This document shows, one piece after another, positions 11,105 through 21,046 of a DNA stretch of 64,000 nucleotides. Both the position numbers and the translations under genes were made by a program. The stretch's first letter is position 1, and every line of letters begins with the position of its first letter. The stretch comes from a virus. Location of the stretch: positions 1 through 64,000 of the IMG/VR virus record IMGVR_UViG_3300017782_000007. One strand, given 5' to 3'. The notes below the pieces were generated by a model that made no database searches, had not been told where the DNA came from, and worked only from the letters and a program-made list of their open reading frames with translations.

Positions 11105-12910
11105 TTATAAGATTCTCCACTGATTTGTTTCAGAGTAGATTAGAGTGATACTCTCTTGTGCAATACTGAAAGTATGAGTATCTTGCCCATCAATTTTATG
11201 AGCTGCTGGAGTTGTTAATGCTACTGCATTTGTAACATCAATTGCTTTAACATAAATTACGTCTCCTACTGTTGGTGTTGCTGGTGTAGTAACTGTTACT
11301 ACTGCTGCATTACCGTCAGCGATGATTACGTGATCCCCTTCTAACATAGTGTAAGAAGCTGTCTTAGTTGATACTGGAACATTCTGAGTTCCTTGGTGTA
11401 CCAAAGTACCTGTACTTGAAGGTCCAACTGTTACATTTCCTGTAGTAGTTGTGATTCCAATAGTACCTGTAGTCTCTGTTAAGTTAACAGATCCTCCTAC
11501 TGAAGAGATAGTCTGAGTAGCTGCACCTGATGCAACTGCTGAGAAGTTACCTGTAGTAGTAGAGATTGCAACATTACCTGTAGTTTCAGTCAAATTAATT
11601 GACCCTGCTACACTAGAGATAGTGTGTACTCCTGCTCCTAACGCTACTGCATTAAATCCACCAGTAGTAGAGTTCCAGTTCAAGTCGAAAGTAGTTGCTG
11701 TGAAATTAGTATCTTTAGTGATAGTACCTCCTAACTCAACAACTGGCTGTAAAGCTACATCAGTCACTGTGAAACCATTATCGAAGTCGATAGTATCAGT
11801 TCCAGTAGTTACTGTAGAAGTAGTAGATCCATCTGTAATATCAAATGTACCTGCTGCCGGTGTAATCCAAGAAAGAACGCCTGATCCATCAGAGCTTAAT
11901 ACTTGGTCTGCTGTTGGAGCAGCTACTGGTAATGTATAATCAATATCTACAGTCTGTGCTCCTGCAGAGAATGTAGTAAAGTGAGATGAATCTGTATCTT
12001 GGAATTTAAGAGCTGTGTCTTGTCCAATAACAACACCTGCTGTATCAGAGTCTAAAGTAATTGCACCTGATCCAGTGGAAGTTAAATTAATTCCTCCTGT
12101 AGTAGTAGTTAATCCTAAAGCAAAAGTAGAGCCTGCAATAGTAGTAGCTTCAGTTAAAGCTCCTCCTAACTTAACTCCAACTGTATTAGCAGTTTCAGAG
12201 TCAGTACTCATACCATTAGTCCCTAAGATAGACAAAGTCTCTCCTGAGATAATCTGTTGAGTAGTTGCTGTATCACCTGTAACTGGAAGAGTCTGTAAAC
12301 TTGCGCCGTCAAAGATTTGGTTATAATCTGCAATTGTACCTGCAACTCCTCCATTGTGAATCCATGTTTCAGATCCACCAGTAGCTGCTGTTAAGATAAC
12401 AACATCTCCTTCTTCGTGAGTAGGTGTAGTCGCTACATAAGCAGTAATAGAAACTGCTGTTCCATTAACCGTTACATCAGTAACAAGTAAGTTAGAAACA
12501 GATAATTCTCTGTTAGCTGTATCGAAAGATAAGAAAGAAGATGAACCTGCAGCAATCTTAATAGGAGAGTCCCATGAGTAAGAGTCTGTATTATCATCCC
12601 ACACTAGAACTTGCTGAGTTGTTCCACCTGTAGTTGGAGTTACACCCCATCCAAGGTTCACACCATCAGCAGTGTTAGTATCCCATGTGAAAGCAGTATC
12701 TGTAGCTGCAGTTCTACCAAAGGTAAGAGTATCACCTGAAGTTAGGGTTGAAGTACCGTTTGCTGGAGAACTAGCTAAGGTAAAAGAAGCACTTGATAGC
12801 GCAGCGTTAACCCAAACAGTTCCGTTGTATTGCAATACTTCATTAGCTGCTGGCGCAGTTAAAGTAGTGTCATTTAAGGCTGACAACGAACCTGGAAGTA
12901 AATGTGACAT
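11105..12910 (-). CDS. Thr-rich fibre protein
   Basis: 601 aa; N-terminal LNDT..LQYNGTVWVN fibre motif, internal TTTGN repeats, shared C-terminal domain. Confidence 0.7.
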   Translation of the reverse strand: MSHLLPGSLSALNDTTLTAPAANEVLQYNGTVWVNAALSSASFTLASSPANGTSTLTSGDTLTFGRTAATDTAFTWDTNTADGVNLGWGVTPTTGGTTQQVLVWDDNTDSYSWDSPIKIAAGSSSFLSFDTANRELSVSNLLVTDVTVNGTAVSITAYVATTPTHEEGDVVILTAATGGSETWIHNGGVAGTIADYNQIFDGASLQTLPVTGDTATTQQIISGETLSILGTNGMSTDSETANTVGVKLGGALTEATTIAGSTFALGLTTTTGGINLTSTGSGAITLDSDTAGVVIGQDTALKFQDTDSSHFTTFSAGAQTVDIDYTLPVAAPTADQVLSSDGSGVLSWITPAAGTFDITDGSTTSTVTTGTDTIDFDNGFTVTDVALQPVVELGGTITKDTNFTATTFDLNWNSTTGGFNAVALGAGVHTISSVAGSINLTETTGNVAISTTTGNFSAVASGAATQTISSVGGSVNLTETTGTIGITTTTGNVTVGPSSTGTLVHQGTQNVPVSTKTASYTMLEGDHVIIADGNAAVVTVTTPATPTVGDVIYVKAIDVTNAVALTTPAAHKIDGQDTHTFSIAQESITLIYSETNQWRIL

Positions 12911-12929
12911 TAAAATTAGTTTAAATAAA

Positions 12930-14195
12930 TTATATAATTACCCATTCTGTGCTGTCATATACAACAGTAATGGATTGAGTTTCTATTGGTAAGGTATAAT
13001 TAGCAGCAGTATCAATGGTGTTTCCATTGCCAGAGATAATAGTCCCTGTGACTTGTTGTTGCTTAATTACATGTGTTTCTCCTATTGAAGGAGAAGCTGG
13101 TAGAGAAATTGTACGTCCTCCATTAGTATGTACTACTATTACGTCCTCTGCTACAATTGTGTAATCCGCATCTTTTCGTGATACAGTCTTAGACGTAACT
13201 GAAGGAGTAACCCATAAAGGTCTAGTACCTGATCCTTGAGATGTTAATACATCTCCTGCGCTACCCGGAGTAGCGTTAATAAAGAAAGGTACATCTCCTT
13301 GAAAGTATGTTCCCGTATCTTGGATAATGAACTGGTTAGAAGTTCCCGAGCCAGTAGCAAATATCTGAGTAAATAGAGGTAAGGCCAATATGCCTGATGT
13401 GTCTGTACCATTAGTAGTTCTGTAATCGAATGAACCTACTTGCTCTGTGGCAGTGGTTATATTACCTGCCTCATCATCAAACGTTCTTGTTTGGATACCT
13501 GTAGTAAAGTTTTCACTTTGGTTAAAAGTATTCCAGGTGTGAGTCCTATCTGCATCCGCAGTTAAACTAGTGATTGCGTAATTACTGGCAGCTCCACCGC
13601 CACCAAAGGTAGAGGAGTCTATCTCAATAATAGTTCCGTCAGTAGCAAATCCAGCAATATACCCTGAATCTGTTAATGTATGTGCAGCGGCTGTTTGGGT
13701 ATTACCCCCATACGTATCAAATCTAACTCTCCCATCATTTAGTATTCTGGTTATTTGAGAGTTTAAATCATTAGCAATACTAAGTACCGCACCATCGTTT
13801 GAGGCGGAAGTACTCTTAACATGCAGGGTTCCATATGTCTCACCGGACGTTGCATTGATACCAACTCTTCCACTACTCGCATCTAAAAATAAAGTAGCTT
13901 CTTCTGAGCCAGTATCCCCTCGTCTAAATGTTAAATCATAAGAACCAGTTAAATCAACAGTTCTTTCTTCTTCTAGTATACCGTCTGAGGTATAGATATT
14001 AGTCTCTAAACCAGGTAAGTTATTCGTTATGAAAGTAGAAAGATTGTTATCTAGGTAACTAGTAAATAAATCCCATAATCGTAAAGAGTTATTGGGCCGC
14101 TCTACCGTACGCGTATATTGGTTATTAGGTTTAATCCTATTTATATTTAAGGGTAACCAAACCTTTTGTATATCTGCATTAGTGAATAAAGCCAT
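12930..14195 (-). CDS. Fibre protein (possibly capsid-attached)
   Basis: 421 aa; FATDGTIIE module and the shared C-terminal LPASP..IK..ID domain; follows the auxiliary capsid gene. Confidence 0.65.
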   Translation of the reverse strand: MALFTNADIQKVWLPLNINRIKPNNQYTRTVERPNNSLRLWDLFTSYLDNNLSTFITNNLPGLETNIYTSDGILEEERTVDLTGSYDLTFRRGDTGSEEATLFLDASSGRVGINATSGETYGTLHVKSTSASNDGAVLSIANDLNSQITRILNDGRVRFDTYGGNTQTAAAHTLTDSGYIAGFATDGTIIEIDSSTFGGGGAASNYAITSLTADADRTHTWNTFNQSENFTTGIQTRTFDDEAGNITTATEQVGSFDYRTTNGTDTSGILALPLFTQIFATGSGTSNQFIIQDTGTYFQGDVPFFINATPGSAGDVLTSQGSGTRPLWVTPSVTSKTVSRKDADYTIVAEDVIVVHTNGGRTISLPASPSIGETHVIKQQQVTGTIISGNGNTIDTAANYTLPIETQSITVVYDSTEWVII

Positions 14196-14220
14196 TTTAT
14201 TTATTGATTATTTTAGTAAT

Positions 14221-14258
14221 AAAAAAAGGGGAGCAAGGATAAACCCTACCCCCCTCTT
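14221..14258 (-). terminator. Intrinsic terminator after the capsid operon
   Basis: Minus strand AGGGGGTAGGG-TTTAT-CCTTGCTCCCCC followed by T7. Confidence 0.7.
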
Positions 14259-14281
14259 GAAGAGAAAAATAAACCAAGAAA

Positions 14282-15604
14282 TTAGCTTGTAATTCCAGTT
14301 CCTGCAGACGTTAACCACGCTCCGAAAGCAGCATCAAATGCAGCTACAGTTGTAGTATCCGTAGTAGGAATAAGGATGATTTCTTTCATTGGATTATAAG
14401 TCGCATTGAACGTATCCATCTGATACATTGTCTTGTGGTGAACAGTATACTTGTTATAAGTAGCTGTAGTATCCACTGGCGATGGAAAGTTAATCACTGG
14501 ATCTTCTTGGTGAGAAAGAGTATAAAGGTTTTGACCTTCAGTAGCTTTCCACTCTAAATCCAATTGACGACCCAATCCTTGACCTTCTCCAGGTCGTGAT
14601 GTCTTTTCTGAATAAACAGTAGTAGCATCGAATCCTGATCGTAACCCGATGTTAACATCGATCTTAACAGGAGCCACTTTGTCTACGCTTACAGTTTTTC
14701 TGTCTAGAGCAACGAATGCCATAACATCAGCTTCTCCTCCTGTAACAGTACCACCAGTAGTAGTATCTGCAGTTAAGATAGATGAACCTGCTGGTAAAGC
14801 AGCTTGTAATGTTGCTACCAATGCAGCATCAGGTGTGATTCCTCTAACACCGTTAGCAGTGTTTTGGATAGGCAAGAATGTACCAGCAGCTAAAGCAGCT
14901 ACTGCAGTACCTCCAGTTCCAGATAAATTCAAAGCTAATGCTACCACAGGGTCATTCCCTTGGAATCGTGGTCGAGAAGAACGAATAGCATAAGAATTGC
15001 TATTAGTTTGCTCAACTAAGCTTTGAATAATCCAATCTACTGGTTTTGCAGTTCCCAATGTTGTGAAGTCAGGAGTTACTGTAGAAACGATTGTGTGTTG
15101 AGTATTTCGTCTATTATACATTTCATCAATGATTCTGCCTCGGTAAGAGATACCGATAGAATATGATGTCTCGTCTGTTGCAGTGATTCCACCAGTAGCT
15201 AAAGCATTAGTGTCTCCAACAACCCATACTGTGTTAGTAGGAGCTTCGTAAGCTTGCTTAGTTACCGTGATATCAGTTGTTCCTGCGATAGGTGCAGAAG
15301 CAGCGAATGGACGTGGGTATAAAGGGTATTTGTATTGTGAATTACTAGGGTCCGCTGAATCAGCTGTTCCCTGGATAATACGAATAGATGCTGCATTTGT
15401 GATGTCATAAGTACCAGGTACTACATCATTTGCAACAGTAGAATTAAAATCAGCAGAGAAAATCCCTAGCTGACCATCAGCAATGTTAACTACTCCTGTA
15501 GAAGAATTCATCAATGTTACACCACCTGCAACCAATGCTTGGTCACCTGATGCTACCATGAAAGACTTCATAGGACGTTTGTTGTTAACTCTTTGATAAG
15601 CCAT
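14282..15604 (-). CDS. Auxiliary capsid protein (crAss-like conserved structural gene)
   Basis: 440 aa, A/T/G-rich; position after the ring protein matches crAss-like synteny. Confidence 0.6.
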   Translation of the reverse strand: MAYQRVNNKRPMKSFMVASGDQALVAGGVTLMNSSTGVVNIADGQLGIFSADFNSTVANDVVPGTYDITNAASIRIIQGTADSADPSNSQYKYPLYPRPFAASAPIAGTTDITVTKQAYEAPTNTVWVVGDTNALATGGITATDETSYSIGISYRGRIIDEMYNRRNTQHTIVSTVTPDFTTLGTAKPVDWIIQSLVEQTNSNSYAIRSSRPRFQGNDPVVALALNLSGTGGTAVAALAAGTFLPIQNTANGVRGITPDAALVATLQAALPAGSSILTADTTTGGTVTGGEADVMAFVALDRKTVSVDKVAPVKIDVNIGLRSGFDATTVYSEKTSRPGEGQGLGRQLDLEWKATEGQNLYTLSHQEDPVINFPSPVDTTATYNKYTVHHKTMYQMDTFNATYNPMKEIILIPTTDTTTVAAFDAAFGAWLTSAGTGITS

Positions 15605-15631
15605 AATTAAATGTTTTTATTAGTATAAATA

Positions 15632-16354
15632 TTATTCAGTCTCCATTAATTTTTGAGACTTAATTTGCATAAATTCAGGAGATTCAATTGTGCCTGATGC
15701 CACCTTAACTGCGATATCAATTATCTCAGCATGTGTATGTGGTGGGAGTTCACAGCCTACCTCCGTAGTTGTTGAACCATCAATATAAGTATATCCTGGA
15801 TAGGACATAGTTACAGGTGATCTCAAGTAAGAGATCGTGATGGAATTAATTGTATTAGTTCCCGAGTAAAGATAAAGAGATGATCCAGAGCCAGTAGGGG
15901 AAGTTCCATAGTTACATGGTATTTCACTTACATCAGGCGATCTAAATGGATCTTTAAGAACTTCAGAAATATCGTCTGTTTGTGTTACCTTTAAGATTGC
16001 TGTACCGTTACAACCATCTAAATCAGTAACAGACGCTGTTCCTCTAGTCATGAATAGGTAGTTAGGAACATTGGCATCATTAATAATGAATTCATATATT
16101 CCTCCTGTAAGATCCACTACAGAAGTGTGTGTAACGTTCTGCACATGTATCGTTCTAAGATCATCAATTCTTTTCTGAGTAGATTCTAGAGCAGTTCTCT
16201 TGTAGTTATTACCAGAGTATCTCTGCTTTACGAATAGTTCTTGAGCATGGTTCAGTATCCAATCTTTCTCTGCTACGTTAAAGTTAGGCTTCTGTGAAGA
16301 AGATACTTTATCTAACAGAAGATCGAACTGATAATGCATTTCCTGTATCGTCAT
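15632..16354 (-). CDS. Tail ring/adaptor protein (crAss-like)
   Basis: MTIQEMHYQFDLLLDK...LNHAQ..FVK and CELPPHTHAEIIDIAV motifs typical of crAss ring proteins; synteny. Confidence 0.75.
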   Translation of the reverse strand: MTIQEMHYQFDLLLDKVSSSQKPNFNVAEKDWILNHAQELFVKQRYSGNNYKRTALESTQKRIDDLRTIHVQNVTHTSVVDLTGGIYEFIINDANVPNYLFMTRGTASVTDLDGCNGTAILKVTQTDDISEVLKDPFRSPDVSEIPCNYGTSPTGSGSSLYLYSGTNTINSITISYLRSPVTMSYPGYTYIDGSTTTEVGCELPPHTHAEIIDIAVKVASGTIESPEFMQIKSQKLMETE

Positions 16355-16367
16355 CGTTTCGTTTTAA

Positions 16368-17363
16368 TTAAGTGGTCTTAAACTTAATAGCCTCTCTAAG
16401 TTCCTCAATAAGAGATTCTTTCTTAGGTGAAAGTAAGAAGTCAATAGTTTCTTGATAAGTATCTCCTAACACTAAACTTCCCTTAGACCTTGGCCAAGTA
16501 TAAGATCCTTGTTTTTCATATATCACTCTAGAATCAAGAGCTGACTTTAATAAGTATCTAGCTTCTAACTCTAATCTTCCTGCAGCCTCTTTATTAAGAA
16601 CGAACAACTCATTGAATTTATCAATGTTTGAACCAGCAGTGAATGAAGACTTTTCGATATAGTCATATAGTAAGTTCTCTACTTGTTCAGTAGATAACTG
16701 TGATGTAGCTCTCGCTAAATCTAATACCTTAACGAACTTATCTTTCATAGTAGAAGTCAATTTAGAATCACTTAAGGAAGCAAATGCTTTAACCTTAACT
16801 GCGTTCTTCTTGTGCTTAATACTTTCAGATTCATTCTCTAATGATATATAGTGAGTAGCTTTAGGCCACTTATGTGCCTTCCACTCTTTTTCTGAGTTAG
16901 CCACCTTTCGGTGTTCTAACATCACATAGTAACCTAACTCATCGTCCATATTAGATAAATCAAACAAGTTTGACCCATCTCTGAGTGACCATGCTTTCTT
17001 TTGATAATATGTCATAGAATCTTCCTTAGGGATGTCTCCCCTAACAAATCTTCTATCAGTTAAGTAACCATCAGGTAAATTCCATTTTCTTTCCATCTTA
17101 TGTTGTAAAAGTAATGGTCTTCCTGTTTTCTCGTCTACTTTTTGTTTGCCTTTCTCTGTCCAAGGTTTATTTAATCCTGTAAGTAACTTACCGGTCTTTC
17201 TTGATAGAGGTGCTTGTATACGATCTGGTGATTTTCCAATTTTGTTTTTTCCTAGTTTCTTTCCCGATGTTGGGTGGACAAGGTTGTGAACTCCCGTCGC
17301 TGACGTAGTTCTAGTGATACTCTTAATAAGTATCTTTTTTGAATCTTTCGATTGAATATCCAT
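16368..17363 (-). CDS. Conserved crAss-like protein downstream of MCP (gene-75-like)
   Basis: 331 aa basic protein; synteny with the crAss-like core block. Confidence 0.6.
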   Translation of the reverse strand: MDIQSKDSKKILIKSITRTTSATGVHNLVHPTSGKKLGKNKIGKSPDRIQAPLSRKTGKLLTGLNKPWTEKGKQKVDEKTGRPLLLQHKMERKWNLPDGYLTDRRFVRGDIPKEDSMTYYQKKAWSLRDGSNLFDLSNMDDELGYYVMLEHRKVANSEKEWKAHKWPKATHYISLENESESIKHKKNAVKVKAFASLSDSKLTSTMKDKFVKVLDLARATSQLSTEQVENLLYDYIEKSSFTAGSNIDKFNELFVLNKEAAGRLELEARYLLKSALDSRVIYEKQGSYTWPRSKGSLVLGDTYQETIDFLLSPKKESLIEELREAIKFKTT

Positions 17364-17404
17364 CTTTTATTTTTTACTTGTTGTTTATAGTTCAAGACCT
17401 CCCA

Positions 17405-18076
17405 TTATTTAAGGGGAGTATTGTGTTTATGGACTCTTTCAGCCCACTCTAAAAATTGTTGTTTGTATTGCGCTCTCTTAGCGTAATTACAAATCTCACA
17501 GCAAGGGACGCAATTACCAAGTAGATATCCTAGAGAATTATCTACACGATCTATCCCATTACAAATATAAGGGAGATGTATACTAGGTAACCCTTTAGCG
17601 TACTCTTTTTGGGCAGGAATACCACAATAGTAACAATCAGATTTAGTCAGCCTTTCAATCTCTTCTCTAGTCAACTCAAATTGTAAAGACTTCCTTTTAG
17701 CGGAACATCTATACTGTGTCACTAGCCGATTAAACGCTGATCGATCTGTTTGTTTGTACTGTTTCTTCCCATCCTTACCTGTGTATTTGCTATTCTTTCC
17801 TTTGCCTTTATTGGCCTTGCCATTAAGAGATTTAGCTTCAAGAGAAAGACATCCGCAGGACTTAGTATGACCTGACTTGACGTCTTTCCCTCGCGCTATA
17901 AGTTGAGTCCCACATTTGCAAGTAAATAGATAACAAGGCCTGAATTTTTTACCCTCAGGTACCTTACCAACTACTGCTTCGCAATGTAATCTATTATAAG
18001 TATTTCCAATCATACTCGAGAAATCTTTTCGATTTTCTTCTGGGATAAACCCAGTAGGTGCTTTAATATTTTTCAT
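17405..18076 (-). CDS. Free-standing HNH homing endonuclease
   Basis: N-terminal CKCG...TKSCGC zinc motif; C-terminal CYYCG...NGIDRVDNSLGY...NCVPCCEICNYAK. Start moved to ATG 18076, which follows the promoter. Confidence 0.85.
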   Translation of the reverse strand: MKNIKAPTGFIPEENRKDFSSMIGNTYNRLHCEAVVGKVPEGKKFRPCYLFTCKCGTQLIARGKDVKSGHTKSCGCLSLEAKSLNGKANKGKGKNSKYTGKDGKKQYKQTDRSAFNRLVTQYRCSAKRKSLQFELTREEIERLTKSDCYYCGIPAQKEYAKGLPSIHLPYICNGIDRVDNSLGYLLGNCVPCCEICNYAKRAQYKQQFLEWAERVHKHNTPLK

Positions 18077-18082
18077 ATATAC

Positions 18083-18111
18083 AATATGCAATATTTGGGC
18101 ACCGTTGTCAA
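18083..18111 (-). promoter_or_regulatory. Sigma70-type promoter for the HNH gene
   Basis: TTGACA-17 nt-CATATT, with 6 nt between the -10 and the ATG. Confidence 0.65.
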
Positions 18112-18172
18112 GTATTCTTAGAGCTCTTGTTATAATAAGTTAGGGAGTAGCTTTTGTTTTATATGCTATAGA

Positions 18173-19657
18173 CTACAGTTGATCATCAAAAATCAATGCT
18201 CCTCCACGAGTAGAGTCAAGCATAACGATTCCATTAGTACCTTCAGTAAATAAGTCATATCCAGCTTTTAAGCTACCAGCTTGGCCACCTTTAACAGGTC
18301 CCATTGGTGTGTGAGTACCAGCTACATAACCTCTTCGGTATGTATCTTTAACTCTTAGCATCTGAACATTTTGCTTACCTTCCATAGCAGAGTTGCCACC
18401 GAAGTCTAAGAAAGTAAATCGTGAAGATCTAATAGGAGCCTCCGTAAAGATAGGGTGAGTCCGCTTAGAAATTGTACGATCATCATATAATGGATTCTTA
18501 ACTAATGTTACTTCGATTCCTTCAGGTCCTTGGTAGTGAGTAAACTGTGCTCCGTAAGAGAGTAATCGTTTAGCTTTACCTGGCTGACGCTCGATGTAAT
18601 TAGTATCTACTGTTAAGAAAGAAGATGCTTCTGCAGCTAACATGTCATGGAACATTAATGATCCAATCGTACCAGTTACAGCAACCATGTGACGATCTTC
18701 TTCGTTTACTTTACCAAACAATACAGACAATAAGAAGTCTTTCATTCTTGTAGTTGTCAATGTAGAGTTGTAGTATTCAACGTGTCCGTCTAATAATTGC
18801 TCTTCAATTCCTGGACCAGTTTTCTTCCAGTATTTGTTAGGTCCTTGCTTGTTAGATCGTTTTCCGATCCAAGCTTGTTTCTCCATTCCCATTAACAAAG
18901 AGTGCTCCATCTTAGCCTCAGCCATTGGAAGGAATTTGTCAACAGTTTTGTCTTGACCTGTTACAGGGTCAGTATATCTCATTTCGATTACTGCTCGTCC
19001 TTGGTGTCTCCAAGCTTTGTCAGTTACAGTGAACTTCTCAGCAAATGCGCCGATCTGTGACTCTAACATGAAAGTTGAAGAGTGTTGTTGAGTACCGAAT
19101 CTATCGTTGTACTCTGATGCAACTGTAGTCCATCCTTTGTCGAACTCTCGTCCTACTTCAAGATACTCTACTGGTAAGAATGCATCTGGATCATCAGTCT
19201 CTAACTGACAAGTGTAGATAGTACCATTACCATCTTCAATTCCTCCACCAATGATTTGGATTGGGTAATCTTCGTCTTCTGGTAAAAGAACATCTGGTTC
19301 TTCATAGAAGTCTAAGTCTAATTTAATTCGGAATTGTCCTCCTCCTAATCCAGGAGTGGTGTTTGTAGGATCTAGTGTTTCTACGATACGTGCAGAGATT
19401 ACATCATCTCCATACATTCTCCAACGGAACATTTCAGTTTCAATTTCTGTAACTCCTCCAATCGATCCACCTGTCATCCCTGTTAAGAGTTTTCCTGTGA
19501 AGAATCGAGTCTTAGAAGAGAAGATTCTAGTCATAGTGTCTTGAAGGATATGTGGCTTACCTGTATCGTAAGCTGCCCCCAAGTATTTAGAGTCTAAGAA
19601 ATTTCCACCAAACCCGTCGTACTTTTTAATGATAAAATTGCTAGTTGGTGTAGCCAT
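18173..19657 (-). CDS. Major capsid protein (crAss-like)
   Basis: 494 aa; FRWR..., GPGIEEQL, YGAQFTHYQGP.G...NPLYDD motifs; position after portal/scaffold. Confidence 0.88.
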   Translation of the reverse strand: MATPTSNFIIKKYDGFGGNFLDSKYLGAAYDTGKPHILQDTMTRIFSSKTRFFTGKLLTGMTGGSIGGVTEIETEMFRWRMYGDDVISARIVETLDPTNTTPGLGGGQFRIKLDLDFYEEPDVLLPEDEDYPIQIIGGGIEDGNGTIYTCQLETDDPDAFLPVEYLEVGREFDKGWTTVASEYNDRFGTQQHSSTFMLESQIGAFAEKFTVTDKAWRHQGRAVIEMRYTDPVTGQDKTVDKFLPMAEAKMEHSLLMGMEKQAWIGKRSNKQGPNKYWKKTGPGIEEQLLDGHVEYYNSTLTTTRMKDFLLSVLFGKVNEEDRHMVAVTGTIGSLMFHDMLAAEASSFLTVDTNYIERQPGKAKRLLSYGAQFTHYQGPEGIEVTLVKNPLYDDRTISKRTHPIFTEAPIRSSRFTFLDFGGNSAMEGKQNVQMLRVKDTYRRGYVAGTHTPMGPVKGGQAGSLKAGYDLFTEGTNGIVMLDSTRGGALIFDDQL

Positions 19658-19691
19658 GTTTTTTTAAAAGTTTGTGTGAGTTTAATAAAAA

Positions 19692-20795
19692 TTATTGTGA
19701 TTTAAGAAAAGCTTCAAAGTCAAATTTTTCTTTTGATGGAGGCGTAGAGCCCTTGGAAGCTACGTTTACTTTGGTATTTAGAGCTTCATGTATAGAAGTT
19801 CTAAAATCCTTTGTTTTCTTTGATAGTTTAAGTTTAGATAATCTATCTAAATTTAATCCATCTTTTTCGTTATATTCATATAAGATATCTGCTAGTTGCG
19901 CTAAGTGAGTAGGATTACTTTTAAGCTTGTCCATAACTCTGGTGAACTCTGTTTTCTGTCCATCAGATTTAGTTACAGGATTGACATAGAAGTTCTTAAC
20001 TTTCTTTTGTCTCTCTGCTGTTAAGTAGTCAAGCTCAGATATAGAAGTAGTTACATTATTTCTAAAGTCAGCTTCTTTCTCTAATCTGGCCTGGGCCTTT
20101 CTCTGGTTAGCTTCTAATATTTCTTGTTGTTTAGATGCTTGCTCTGATTTCAATAAAGACATTGCTTCAGTAGCATCGTCTAATAATGATCCATCGCTAA
20201 CAGATCTGTCTATGAGTTTTTGGATTCTCTCGTCTGAGAATCTTGTTGTTGTTTTGTATTGATGTGCTATTACTTGTTTCTGTACTTCTTCTGAAGACAT
20301 ATCTACTGAATCATAATCAATGTAGTTGGCTTGGAACTCCTCCAAATCATCTCCACCATTAACTAGATACTCAAAGTATCTACGTTCAGCATCTGGTAAT
20401 TTTTGCATCAACCTCTCTTTGGCATTGTCGTCATATGCCTTCTTAGAGTGTTCTAAGGCTTCTTTAAACTTGTCAGCTGTGCCATCAAATTCAAAGTCCT
20501 CAGGTGTAACTAGTACACCATTATCTTTAAGTATACCGAAGTTATTGAGAAGTTGTTGTTGAAATTCTTCCTCATTTATCTCTGGCTCTTGAGTTTCCTC
20601 GCCAGTCTCAGATTCATGAGATTCATTTTCTTCTTGTTCTTGGCCTTGGCCCTCATCAGTATTGTTTTCTAATTCCTGTTCTCCACCCTCAGCTGGAGCA
20701 TTGTCATTGAATCCATCTTCGCTATATACGCTATCATCTTGAAATGATAAGATATCTTCCAAAGACGGTTCTTGTGGTGTATTTTCGTTATCCAT
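19692..20795 (-). CDS. Acidic scaffold-like protein (crAss-like conserved gene before MCP)
   Basis: 367 aa; very acidic N-terminus, helical C-terminus; synteny. Confidence 0.65.
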   Translation of the reverse strand: MDNENTPQEPSLEDILSFQDDSVYSEDGFNDNAPAEGGEQELENNTDEGQGQEQEENESHESETGEETQEPEINEEEFQQQLLNNFGILKDNGVLVTPEDFEFDGTADKFKEALEHSKKAYDDNAKERLMQKLPDAERRYFEYLVNGGDDLEEFQANYIDYDSVDMSSEEVQKQVIAHQYKTTTRFSDERIQKLIDRSVSDGSLLDDATEAMSLLKSEQASKQQEILEANQRKAQARLEKEADFRNNVTTSISELDYLTAERQKKVKNFYVNPVTKSDGQKTEFTRVMDKLKSNPTHLAQLADILYEYNEKDGLNLDRLSKLKLSKKTKDFRTSIHEALNTKVNVASKGSTPPSKEKFDFEAFLKSQ

Positions 20796-20798
20796 ATT

Positions 20799-20827
20799 AT
20801 TATACGATTAATATTTTATTTATGCAA
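20799..20827 (-). promoter_or_regulatory. Sigma70-type promoter (near-leaderless)
   Basis: TTGCAT-17 nt-TATAAT, then AAT and the ATG. Confidence 0.6.
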
Positions 20828-20866
20828 GTCAGATAGGGAGTACCCCTACGCATGTTATATTTATAG

Positions 20867-21046
20867 CTAGAGTGCAAAGTCCCAATAGAATCCCTTCAGT
20901 TCTCTATTCTTTGCATAGCAGGCTTCTACAACCTCTCTAGTGTCCAGTTTAAACGTAGACGTAAGCAGCACCATATTGGGCCACTTACGAATGAATAAAC
21001 CTGATTTATTTCTCTGTACTATTTGTACTTTAGGGTACTTGATCAT
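20867..21046 (-). CDS. Stand-alone NUMOD1-like DNA-binding protein, 59 aa
   Basis: Manual translation MIKYPKVQIVQRNKSGLFIRKWPNMVLLTSTFKLDTREVVEACYAKNRELKGFYWDFAL; ATGA overlap with the portal stop; fits the NUMOD1 pattern (V.Q...G.FI..W/F...C......G..W). Confidence 0.7.
   Translation of the reverse strand: MIKYPKVQIVQRNKSGLFIRKWPNMVLLTSTFKLDTREVVEACYAKNRELKGFYWDFAL

Noticed and set aside
5045-14195. Diversity-generating retroelement or invertase shufflon acting on the fibres
   Set aside because: No reverse transcriptase or recombinase in the window; repeats are direct and diverge at synonymous sites rather than at adenines
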